Assembly (NCBI RefSeq): GCF_001194135.2
Contig: NC_069006.1
Location: 24,882,134-24,946,133 of the forward strand
DNA: 64,000 bases
DNA from: Octopus bimaculoides
Taxonomy: Eukaryota
Direction of reading: 5' to 3'
The position numbers and the translations under genes were made by a program. Positions 23,539-35,159 of the stretch are shown here, piece by piece (the stretch's first letter is position 1; each line of letters begins with the position of its first letter). The notes under the pieces are model-generated. The model had not been told where the DNA came from, did not search any database, and saw nothing but the letters and a program-made list of their open reading frames with translations.

Positions 23539-26500
23539 ACATGCATTGCAAAAATCAGTGAAAGTTCTTGGTAATCTCTACCCAACTGGAGTTTGATTCA
23601 GCTCTGATCCAGTTCGAAACTCCACAACATGGCTGTTGAGGTTAGAGATTATACAATCTCTGTAATAGTAGAACAGCTGGGGAAGGGGTACACGATTCAC
23701 TTTGGCAGAGGCACTTTTGGGTCTGCTGTATCAGCTGTATTGGATCAGGGGATTGTAGTGGGATACTCAAGGGCTGACCCAAGGAGCTCACACTCTAGCT
23801 ATGCCAATGCTACATAAACACCTAATTAGTTGTTATTTCTTACTTATTTCAATCATTTGACTGCGGCCATGCTGGGGCACTGCTTGAGGAATTTTAGTCA
23901 AAAAAACTGACCCCTGTACTTATTTCACTTATTAAGCCTGATACTTATTTTATCAGTTTCTTTTGCTGAACCTCTAAGTTACAGGGACCTAAATGCACCA
24001 ACACCCATTGTGAAGAGGAGGTGCAGAACAAACGCAGGCACACATGGAAGGCTTCTTTCAGTTTCCAGCTATGACATCCACTCATAAGGTTTTGGCCAGC
24101 CCAAACCTATAGTAGAAGACACTTGCCCAAGGTGCTATGTGGTGGAACTGAACCTGGAACCATGTAGTTGGGAAGCAAACTTCTTATCACACAGCCACGG
24201 CTGTGCCTAGTAATATTTACTGTAGAAAACTTAATTTATTTGGTATGCATGGTGTGTATTTAAGTCATTGACCCCTGGGGGAATCAAAAGTGAAATTGAA
24301 CTTGGCGGGAGCTGAACAAAGAACACAAATTAAAACACTGCAAGACATTTTACTTATACACCACTGATTTTTGTGACCAAAATTACCTTTTAAAACAACA
24401 ATAATAATAACAGGTATTGTACCCAAAATGAAGCACACAACAATGTTGCTAAAAATATAAAATATCAGAGCAAAAAAAAAAAAAAAAAACCCAACCAAAA
24501 TTCCCCAAACGGCATGCAGCACACCAATAAGAAGTTTATATTAAAAAAAAAAGAAAATGTAAATCCCATTTGAAATAACATGAAAAACTGGAAAATTTGA
24601 AAATAAAAACAAAACCCTTTAGCAGTTATAGCACCAAAAGTGTGGTGAAATGTGTTGTGTTTTGATGTCAACCAGTGGCTTTTAACTGGGACCGATATAA
24701 GTGTTTTTTTGGGTGGGGTGAGTCCACACAAGCAAAATAGTAAATTGGGGACACACAGTAGTAGGGTCCATGAAAAATTTTTGTTCTAGATGTATTTATT
24801 GCAAGAAACAACCAAGTTTCTTTCTTCTTTGATGTTTTACAGAGTTCAAAGAAGTTTCTGGTTACTGGAACCTGTTCTCTCAGAGAGTTTTATTGCAAGC
24901 CTACACAAGTAAATGGAGAAAAACAAAATAGGAATTTTGAAAGAAGTATTTATAAAACTACTTGGTTGGCAAAGAAAGTAATTTTGGTTTTTTTAGTGTG
25001 AAAAAAAAAAGTCCATAAATAAAAAGTGGTTGAGAACCACTGATGTTGATGGTTGAATGAAGATACTAATGGGGTCAAAAAAAAAAAAGGAAGAAGAAGA
25101 AAAAAAGAGGCTAATGAGTTTGTGTGTGGATGCAAGTGTTAAATGGTGAGGTTTCTCTGCTGTTGCTACTAAAGGTAACAGAAAACTTAGGTAACCAGGT
25201 GTAACTGGTGGATTTTAGGAAATGGGTTGGACACTAACCACAACCTGGAAAATTAAATAAAAGCTAAACCCAGAGACTTTTTCCAGTTTTGATCTGCTTC
25301 ATAGTAGTCCTAAAAGTTAAAAGTCATTGCCACCACTGGGAACTAATGTGGTGTGTAATAAATGTCCCTCCAGAAATGCCAATCCTCATTGACCCCTTCT
25401 GTGTGAGCTGGAAGTGACCTACCCTTCTAGATATTGCTACAATGTGGCAATGGTAGGGGACACAAAATATTTTGTGTATAGCAGCAATTGGTTGCAGTGG
25501 AATGGAAGGANNNNNNNNNNGGGGGGGGGTGTCCAGTGGACTGAAAAAGTTTGAGAGAAAGACACTTGGTTGTTATACAAAGCTTCAGTTCTAAATTAGT
25601 AACGAGTTATGGATTAAATAATTAATAGCTAAGGTGGTAAGGGTGCAGGCATGGTTGGTGACAGGAAAGGCATCCAGCCATAGAACATCAGTGTCAACAA
25701 ATTCTGTCTGACCCATGCAAGCATGGAAATGTGGACGTTAAAATGATGACGATGTCAAATATAGATAGACATTAGATATAAGAAGCACGAGTTCATATCA
25801 GAAGAGGAAAACTGGTCCCTTCAGTGGGCAGATTTGTCTTCTGTTTCAAATTGGTGCTTATGAAGGTCCTAATAATATCAGAATTCTAAAGAAATGTACA
25901 ATGTAACAAAATCAATTAAACATCATCATCATCATTTAACGTCTGTTTTCCATGCTGGCATGGGTCGGACAGTTTGACAGGAGCTGGTAAGGCTGGGGAC
26001 TGCATTTTATCTGTGTTACTAATAGCTCCAAAAAAGTCAATAAAATTGGTTACAGGTTAAATATATGAATGGTTAAAGACGAGCATATCAACTGGCATTA
26101 TTTTGACCATTCAAAGGCAGGAATATGGCAGAACCATTAGACAGACCGTTGGACAAAAATCCCACGTGGTATTTAATCTGGCTGTTTACGTTCTGAGTTC
26201 AAATCCTGCCAAGGTCAACTTTACCTTTCAGGGTTGATAAAAAGTACCAGTCAAGTAGTGGAGCTGATGGTATTAACTAAGCTTGTATTCTCACTTAAAA
26301 AAAAAAAAAAAAACTGACTTCGTACCTAAAATTAAGAACAATTAGTTCAACTACGAAAGGGGAGTGAAACCAGTTTTTATTCAGACACAACAGAGTTATG
26401 TTCCTTCGCTCAATGGCTGTAGTTAGCCTGTAGCTTCTCAAACTAGTCATTCAAGCAATATTTCTGTTTCCGCATAAAAAAACAAAAGGATGCTATTTAA

Positions 26501-26832
26501 TGACTTACAAGTGAATGCCCTCATTTGAAAACAATTGCTACTTCAAATCTGAAGAACGATTATTTGGCACGGGATTACAGGTCACAGATTGAAACCCTTG
26601 AATGAGAAGTTGTTTAAAGGACAAAACACTACAGCTGAAGAGCAGTGGAGTGGTGCACAGATACTACAGTAGAAAAAAACACACCCCCAACTTAGCACAG
26701 AATGGGACTGAACCTGATGTCACATGGTTGCAAAGCAAACTACAGAACCACACAGCCACGCCTGCACCTTGCAATGTATTTGAGAAATTTAAGCATTAAA
26801 CTCTCTCTCTCTCTCTCTCTTTATATATATAT

Positions 26833-26988
26833 CAGAAAAATTGAATGTAGGAGATCCATATTTTTATCCATGTGAGAAAGAGATGTGAGTCATGTCTGAC
26901 ATCTAACTATAACTACAAATATCCGACAGGACTCACATCTCTTTCTCACATGGATAAAAATATGAATCTCCTACATTCAATTTTTCTG
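26833..26988. other. Long intronic inverted repeat (59-bp arms, 58/59 paired, 38-nt spacer)
   Basis: 26833-26891 is the reverse complement of 26930-26988 with 1 mismatch. Confidence 0.92.
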
Positions 26989-27605
26989 CCATATTCTTTC
27001 TCGAGTTCATTGTATTATGGTTTATACTTCCTGCACTGAAGAGTACATTGATATATTAAATTAATTTAATCACGAATTAATATTATCATCATCATTATAT
27101 ATATATTAAAGATTGCTGCTAAAGCAATGCAGAAGGATGTATTAGTATAGGCAATACAGAGTGGAGAGAGTGAGAGAGAAGAGGAAGGAGAGAGTGAGAG
27201 AGAAGAGGAAGGGGAGAGCATAAGAGAGACAGAGAAGGTGAAGAAGATTTAAAGAAATTAGAGAGAGAAAAGTAAAAAGAAAGCTGGAAGGAGGTTTACC
27301 CATTACCAATTGTGTATTCACCCAATTGCAAGTATGCGTTCACCCCAGTATGAAGTGTGTGTTCATCCAATGACTGATAGCGAGTATGTTTCCCTGATAC
27401 CAAGTGTGCGTTTGCCCCAATATGAAATACGTTCACCCAACATCAAGTGTTTTTTTTTTTTGACCACATTTGCAAAAGAGCAAGAGGAAAGAAAAAAATT
27501 GAAAAAAAAAAAAAAAAATTGAAAAAACTGCCAAGTTAAATTTGAACCGGCCGTCATGCCAACCAAATTGCACCCTTAGCATGTGTTGTAGAGTCAACTG
27601 ATTAC

Positions 27606-28282
27606 CTGAGTTGGTGTATTGCCAATGTGGTACCTGTTCATTGACACCAGAATATTCCGATGACGACGACGATGACAACGATGGCAGAAGTTTGGACATG
27701 GCTACCAGAGGCGACTGTATGGGGCCTTTAGCCTGCGGGAGATGCAACAATGCAGCAGGGGGCACAGTCGGAATGCCCGTCACTCTTTTCTTTAACTGAC
27801 CCGAGTGAGACTGGTCGGAGAGCAACAACTTGTCGGCACAATTACGCAAACCTTGGCTGGCATGGAAGTCTTTGTAGTCCTTGTGTTTGCATGGTTTGTC
27901 AGAGGATGTGGAAAAGCATGGAAAACATAAAGTCGAAATAGATCTACAATGCACACATTCAGCGGAACCTAGGTTCAAACAGGGGTACGTATAGAGGCCA
28001 AGCTTTCGTTCATGTTCATACACATGCTGACAAGCACATCTCGATGGTAACGGGATGCTTTCAAGAGGAACACGTTTAAAATGAACATTGTGAAAATTAG
28101 ATTTCTTTGTGCTGCAAACTGGTGACGAGGATGGTGAGGCCCGACCAAAGTGATGGAAGGAGCCATGTCTTGAGGGTTTGTTGACAGCACTCAGATTTGG
28201 CAGGGCCTTACTACTTAGATGGTTAGCAGGGTGGTTAGCATTCATGTTTAACGGATAAGCAGACTGACTACAAAAAACATCA
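27606..28282 (-). CDS. KSR: Large open coding stretch (~225 aa, Cys/His-rich) in frame with KSR CA4; 3' part of a large or alternative exon
   Basis: No stop codon over 677 nt. Higher GC and CpG than the flanking introns. CAG|gtaatc donor in phase 1 matches the phase-1 acceptor at 22942. 28643-27606 totals 1038 nt, a multiple of 3. The 5' end is hidden in the gap. Confidence 0.6.
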
Positions 28283-28522
28283 NNNNNNNNNNNNNNNNNN
28301 NNNNNNNNNNNNNNNNNNNNNNNNNNNNNNNNNNNNNNNNNNNNNNNNNNNNNNNNNNNNNNNNNNNNNNNNNNNNNNNNNNNNNNNNNNNNNNNNNNNN
28401 NNNNNNNNNNNNNNNNNNNNNNNNNNNNNNNNNNNNNNNNNNNNNNNNNNNNNNNNNNNNNNNNNNNNNNNNNNNNNNNNNNNNNNNNNNNNNNNNNNNN
28501 NNNNNNNNNNNNNNNNNNNNNN
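28283..28522. other. Assembly gap inside the KSR coding region. Other gaps: 7935-8786, 10181-10736, 13949-14490, 25511-25520, 35583-35860, 39469-39484, 44255-44264, 46554-46563, 48233-48656, 53391-53418
   Basis: Runs of N. Confidence 0.99.
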
Positions 28523-28643
28523 GCAGGAGAAGATGGGGTGGATGAGTTACAAGACGATGTGTTGGAGCCTGAATCCTGGCGTTGGAGTGTAGGAACAGAC
28601 TTCACCAGCTTTATAATGCTTCGCCGAGAGTTTTTGGGAGAAC
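28523..28643 (-). CDS. KSR: KSR Ser/Thr-rich CA4 exon, 5' part, GSPKNSRR...QDSGSNTSSCNSSTPSSP; runs into an N gap
   Basis: tttttctag acceptor, phase 1. DS.SN.SSC.SSTPSSP is the KSR CA4 signature. Confidence 0.88.
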
Positions 28644-31094
28644 CTAGAAAAATAGACATACAGAGGAGTGAGGAAACATTACTTGACATTAGGGGTCAGG
28701 AAACATAAGAATGACATTAACCCAGATTAAAAAATCAAAAACAACAACAAATTGGTTTTAGGCTTCTTTCTTTCCTTTTTTTTTTTTTTAGTTTTCTGCC
28801 ATGATATTACACAACAAACAGACAACAATGAACAGTGATTTCTGATACAGAACAACATACCATAGAGAAAACCACAAAACAAATATAACAACAACAACAA
28901 CAGCAAATTATGATTGCAAAATGAAAACCATTGAAGACAATTGGGGGGTGGAGGGAGAAGGGCAAAGGTGAAATATTTAAACAAACAAATTATTTTAACT
29001 ATGTTGTCTGGAACTATTTTTGGCTAGCTTTTAATATTAAATTTCAAATCACATCTACCGAGAGGAGAAACTAGTGACAAAGTCTTATGTAGGTCAGCAG
29101 TTCTTAACCAAGGTAAATTAGGGAGCTACGGTGGTATTTTAGGGCCCTATGAAAATGTTTCGCTAATCAGCAAGATTTCTTTCTTTAACACTTAACATAG
29201 TCCAACATGTTTCTGGCCATTGAAACATGTTCTCTCAGAACCTACACCAGTGAACCTACACAAGTACACACACGTGTGACAAACAAAATAAGTGTTTTGA
29301 AACATAGAATGGCTATGGAGATCCACAAGAATAAAATAGGATGCAGGTACTCGATGTTACAAGAAAATAGTAGCTAAATCACAATTAAATAACGCCATTA
29401 TCTTATAAAAAGAAGAGCAAATTGATAATGCAGTCCATGATACGCTACGACTAAAAATTAAAAAAAAAAAGATATAGATGGTCATGGCTGGAATGCCTTT
29501 GATCATAAGGAGGTGTACCAGATCATGGCTGGCCTGGAGCTAAAAACAAACAACAAAACTAACCAAGAAACTATAGACATGAACAATTTCAATGTTTAAT
29601 GAGACCTGGCTAATTAGTCAGAAATTAATGATGAATTAATTAGTAGATTGAATTGATTAGATGCTAAAACGTGACAGCTAGAACCCCCCCCCCCACACAC
29701 ACCTCTGCTGCTTCTCCACAAATTTGCAGAGTATACATCTGCACGTGACCCTGCTGAACATACCTCCATGCAGTCATGATGGAACAGAAAAGTCAGCAAA
29801 CAGCACCTTTTCTCTACACAATTTTTGAAGTCTCAATCTTGAAATATTGTAACACCAGGTAAAAGGACTAAGCAGCAACCTGTGTTTTTAAATAACTTAC
29901 ATTAAGGAAAAGAACTGAAAGATATTTGTAAGAGACATGTGAGAGGATGGGACATGCCGGACATGAGGTCACCACAGAACACATGCAACAGTAGAACATT
30001 TGATGCAACTCAAAGACCAGGTTTGAACTAGGAAGACTCGAAATGGATGGAATGGTAACAAATTTAGAAAATACACTACAGAAATAAGACAGCAACATTA
30101 TAAGTAAGCTTGGATGAGAAACAGCGAGGGACAGGAACATTCAACAAGTCTCCAACGGACATATAAAAGATATATATATGTACAGGACAACATAAACAAA
30201 ACAGTATGAGGAGACTGGTGAAAGATGAGAAGAGAGAGTGAAAATGAAAACAGTACATAACATACATTGAACTAGATGACAAAAAGGCAAAGATCATTGC
30301 ACCCAAATATGATTGCTAAATGCTGTTTGATAGACGAGGACAAATAGAAACACAAAGACATTGATATGTCATGAACAGAACCAGAACATAAGTAACAACA
30401 ACAAAGAAATACAAACAAAAAACAAGCAAAATAACTTTAAGAAATATCAAATTGTTGCTTAACAAATAATCAAGAGCAATATTTTGTATTGTTTTAGCTT
30501 CTTGTAAAATATAAACATTGCTCAACCATTTTAAGAGCAGAATTTCTTTTCATTTGACCCTTTAACGTTCAGATTACTCAATCAAATGTCATGATCATTT
30601 ATTCACATTGTTTTGAATCAACCAGGCATTATCTTGTAGCTTTCAGATTTCAATAATGTGATTGTTTGGACATAAAACCACTCGAATATTCAGGCCAGAG
30701 ATGGACTATTTTCAATGGTAATGGGTTCTTTTAGTGAGAAAGGAAGAGCAGTGCCTTTGACTGTTTGTATGCCTTCTGACACTGGTGGGATGGAGGGAGA
30801 GATGACTGCCAATTGGAGGTCAAACCCAAATGCTTGGAACAGAGGCACCAAAGCACACAAGGTTCAGGCAGTGGTGTTAAACCGAAGAAGAGATGAAGTC
30901 TACAAACCAATTCCTTACAGTGCTTCACTGTAATATAATAGCTACAATGAGACATTATACCAACATTGGTTAGAACCGAAGACATTTTTTGTAGGTTTAG
31001 AGCCTGTCAAACCATCCTTTTTATGGCAACTCATTGGATGTGTTAAGTAATAAACTATTCAATATGTTTTTTTGTGTTATGTTTCAGTACGCAA

Positions 31095-31690
31095 TCGGGG
31101 TTCTAATCAAACCAGCCCCTATTTATTGTGAGATATGCAGTCCCGAAAGTTTAGGAATTTAAAGTATGTAAGTCAGTTGGCCCTCATTTATTGAGAGAGA
31201 TAAAATCTCTAAGATTTAGAAATTAAAAGCATGGTTAGTTGATCCCTGTTTAAAGGGAGGCATAAAGCAAGATTATATTTAGTTTAGTCTAAGACATGTG
31301 GTTGGTTAGTCCCTATTTAAGAGGAGACATTTTATGCAAGATTAAATTTAGAAATATAAAATGTAGTTAGTTGGCCCCTACATATTGATAGGCATCCCTA
31401 AAATATAGGAATCAAAGCATGATTAGCTGACCCCTATTTAAAGGGAGATACATTATGCAACATTGTATTTTGTTTAGCTTAAAATGTAGTTAGTCCTTAT
31501 TTACTGGGAGACATCCCTAAAATTTAGGAATAAAATGCAGGCAATTAATCAGCCCCTGTATATATCAGGAGACATCAGGAAGATTTAGAAATTTAAAACT
31601 TTGTTAGTTGGTGCCAACTTTTTGAGAAATATCCCTAAAATTTAGGAATTAAAAATACAATTGGTCAGTTATTTGTTTGAAGACATTAAA
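31095..31690. repeat. Degenerate minisatellite, about 10 units of ~55-80 bp
   Basis: Recurring ttagttggcccctattta..gggagacatccctaaaatttaggaa motif. Confidence 0.75.
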
Positions 31691-32216
31691 GAGTTTGTTG
31701 AGAGACTGGAAAGCTGTACCAAGATGGTCAGGTGATTGGTCAGAGAATTTTTTTCTCGAACATAGATGTTGTTTACCTGTTTGGTGATGAATTGTTCAGT
31801 CTGTGTATGTAGTTGCTTCTCTATAAATACAAAAATTTACAAAATACAACCACCATACAAAATGCCTCGAGCTATTAGAATGACCGCTAAGTGAGGGGAG
31901 GGAGTAAAGATGTCCCTAGTATTCGCATAAGTGCAGCAGTACATACATACAGAAGCGTGCCTGCACACCCACGTACATGTGCCTACATATATATACTCAT
32001 CCACCCTCACTTGAAACACACACAAAAAAAATAATATATATATACCTGCATACACGCTCACACACTCGCACAAATGATGGCGTGGGTTCCCACTCCGGCA
32101 TCCGAAACTCGGAGTTTTATCATGGCTACCAAATAATTGTCACATATTATTTACAGATAAATTCCTCTATTTCCATAATATCAAGGTCTCTTTCTTTCTT
32201 TTGTTGTTTTTTTTAT

Positions 32217-32258
<42 letters not shown>

Positions 32259-32640
32259 TTTTACTTGTACCAATTATTAGACTGTCGCTATGCTGAGGCA
32301 CCGCCTTGAAGAACTTTTGCGAAGCGAATTGATCCCAGAACTCATTGTCAGGCTCCTTTTGCTGAACTGCAAAGTTATGGGGGTTGTAAACAAACCAACA
32401 CCGGTTGCCAAGCAGTGGTGGTGAACACACGCGCGCGCGCTTTCGCATGCACACACATGACGGGTGTCTTTCAGTTTCCTTCTATCGAATTCACTCCTAT
32501 GGCTTTTGGCCGGCCTGGAACTCGTGTGATTGGGAAGCAAACTTCTTACTTCACAACCACACATAATGCATGTGTATATATGTGTATATATATATATAAA
32601 ACGGTGTATAAAGGTAACATAAGTGGCATATCTAACTCAC

Positions 32641-32705
32641 CATACTTTAAAGGAAGGCTGCAGGTATTGGGAGCTCTATTGGCACAATCGCGATGGCATT
32701 TATAC
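32641..32705 (-). CDS. KSR: KSR C1 domain exon, YKCHRDCANRAPNTCSLPLKY
   Basis: atttccag acceptor, gtgagt donor, 65 nt, phase 2-1. HxxC...C completes the C1 domain. Confidence 0.92.
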
Positions 32706-32988
32706 CTGGAAATAATAAACAAATAACTTGAACTGACAAACAAAACGTTTTAAAAAGTTACTTTTTCTTCTTTCCTTTATAAATTAGCTATGGCCCCATG
32801 AGGAACAGAGCTGATGGCCTTTTGCTGGTTGGAATATTTTAGCTGCAAGTTTCATCTTGTGACACAGCCTCAAAGAGAAAAACCATTTTATAAATAGTTT
32901 GTAACACAGCATTACATCGTGACAAGTTACTAAATGATTGTAACACAGTGCAATATAGTACATGTTACAAAGACCTTGTAACACAATA

Positions 32989-33195
32989 CAGTAATCCCTT
33001 GATTATCACGTGTGTTACATTCCCCTACCCCCATAGGTGAAAATCTGTGAAGTAGAAACAGTACTGTACTGTATATTGTTTTTGTTATTATTTTTGTAAT
33101 TTGTATATATTTATTTTATAATAAATGCAAAACAACACCACGGAGGAATCGACGTAAGCTTAAATAATAAACTGCGATATGGCAAGGGGTTACTG
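32989..33195. mobile_element. Pogo/Tigger-type MITE with TA target-site duplication
   Basis: TA|CAGTAATCCCTTG ... CAAGGGGTTACTG|TA. Confidence 0.7.
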
Positions 33196-33229
33196 TATAG
33201 AGACAAGGTATAGAGTTTGTAACAATACA

Positions 33230-33520
33230 GGAATATTTGGATCATGATCATAAGGTCAAGAGTTCAAATACTGGTGGCGTGTTGTGTCCTTGAGCAAGAC
33301 ACTTTATTTCTTGTTGCTCCAGTCCACTCAGCTGGCAAAAATGAATTGTACCTGTAATTCAAAGAGGCCAGCCTTGTTACATTCTGCGCTTTGCCGAATC
33401 TCCCCGAGAATTACATTAAGCGTAGATTTATCTGTGGAATACTCAATCACTTGGACATCAATTTCAGGAGCAGGCTGTTCCGTTGATTGGATCAACTGGG
33501 ACTGGAACACTCAGCCAGTT
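33230..33520 (+). mobile_element. SINE, family 3 (ccttgagcaagacactttattt...ccagtccactcagctg core); copies at ~22580, 50380, 51275, 59660, 63800
   Basis: Dispersed repeat with a conserved central core. Confidence 0.65.
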
Positions 33521-33744
33521 ACATATCGACAGAGTTTGTGACAGTATGATACAACGATAACTAATCCACGGCATGTGACACGGTTTGCGATAGGCTCCTT
33601 TAGCAATACTTTGTGACAGTTCAATATGAGGTAGGTGTGGTGGCTTCCAGAAGTTTGTGACACAACCCAGTAGAGAGACAACTCAACTTGTTTGTGGCAC
33701 AGAACTAATCAAAGAGAAGGATAGAAAAAACATGCAACACTTAC

Positions 33745-33825
33745 CTACAATCTTTACATATTTTTCCAAATAAAACATGCTTCCTACAATAGTCACAGAT
33801 CTCAAACATAGGTTTAATGATAAAT
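33745..33825 (-). CDS. KSR: KSR C1 domain exon, FIIKPMFEICDYCRKHVLFGKICKDC
   Basis: ctatttcag acceptor, gtaagt donor, 81 nt, phase 2-2. Carries the CxxC...CxxC zinc ligands. Confidence 0.92.
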
Positions 33826-34366
33826 CTGAAATAGATTAAAGGAAAGTATGGGATTAATGTGGAAGACAGTAAGTTTTGTCATTCAGAAACACACAAAGAC
33901 TGTCAACTTCACTTTAAACCTCTTTTTCTAAAATGGTGTGTCATAATTGTCATTACTTGAAACTGTAACCTGTTCACAAGTGTAAAATATTGCTACATCT
34001 GAAACTTCTGTGATGTAGGCACAGGAGTGACTATGTGGTAAGTAGCTTGCTTATCAACCACATGGTTCCAGGTTCAGTCCCACTGCATGGCACCTGTGGC
34101 AAGTGGCTTCTACTATAGCCTCGGGCCGACCAAAGCCTTGTGAGTGGATTTGGTAGATGGAAACTGAAAGAAACAGATTCTCATCTTTTTACAAGTGAAT
34201 GAACACAAGGTCTAACTGCAGTTTGGCAACAAGGACCACAAGAAGGGGTTTGAAGTGTTTTATGTATTGAAATTTTTATTGTTAAGTATTCAGTTGTCAC
34301 TGTTAATTTGAAAATGGGAAAACGAATGGTAATAGATATCATATTATAGATTTGGGATAAGTACCA

Positions 34367-34400
<34 letters not shown>

Positions 34401-35159
34401 CATGTGAGATAAAAGTGAGAGAAAGAGAGAGAGAGAGAGAGGAATGCACGTGTGTACTTTGGCCATATGTTACACAGCAAACATGAAACGGTTATTTCAA
34501 TGGCCCAGCAAATCAAAATGACCTTAGAGATATGGACATAGGTGAGCATGATGCACTAAACTTTATTACAGGCAAGATAGCTTTTCAATTTTCTTTTTCT
34601 TTTTTTTTTCAATAAGACAGCAAAAGAAAATTAAAAAAAAAACACAGGCAACAACAACGTTTGTTGATATTTTTTTTATATAAACCTATTTTAAGCTCAA
34701 AATTAAACACACAACAGCTGATGATTTAAATCATCATCATCTAGTGTCAGTTTTCTATATTACGTAAGTTGCACAGTTTGACAGGACCCAATGAGTCAGA
34801 GAACTTCACTGTGCTGCAATGTTTGGAATATTTTCTACAGCTGGATGCCCTTCCTAGTGCCAACCACTTTACAGAGTGGCACTGGGCACATACTTCATGG
34901 CACCAGCACCTGTGGGGTCACCAGAAAATTTGCAGGACTAAAGATTCACCTTCACCGACTGAAAAATTATATAGGGCAGGTGCCCTATATAATCTTGGAA
35001 CGAAATGGTTTTGATTTACTGTCGGGTGACTTTTGGCCAACCCTGTATAAAGCTTTCCTGTTATAAGCCCTGAGTTACTCCTAAGGTTGAATAAAAAAAA
35101 GTGGGAATGTGTATCGAATACGATGCATGGACACCGGGGGAAATTAGTCTTCTGTATCC

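Noticed and set aside
32070-32130. Short stem ACTCCG..CGGAGT after an ATGATG, suggesting a C/D snoRNA
   Set aside because: No box D (CTGA) or terminal stem.
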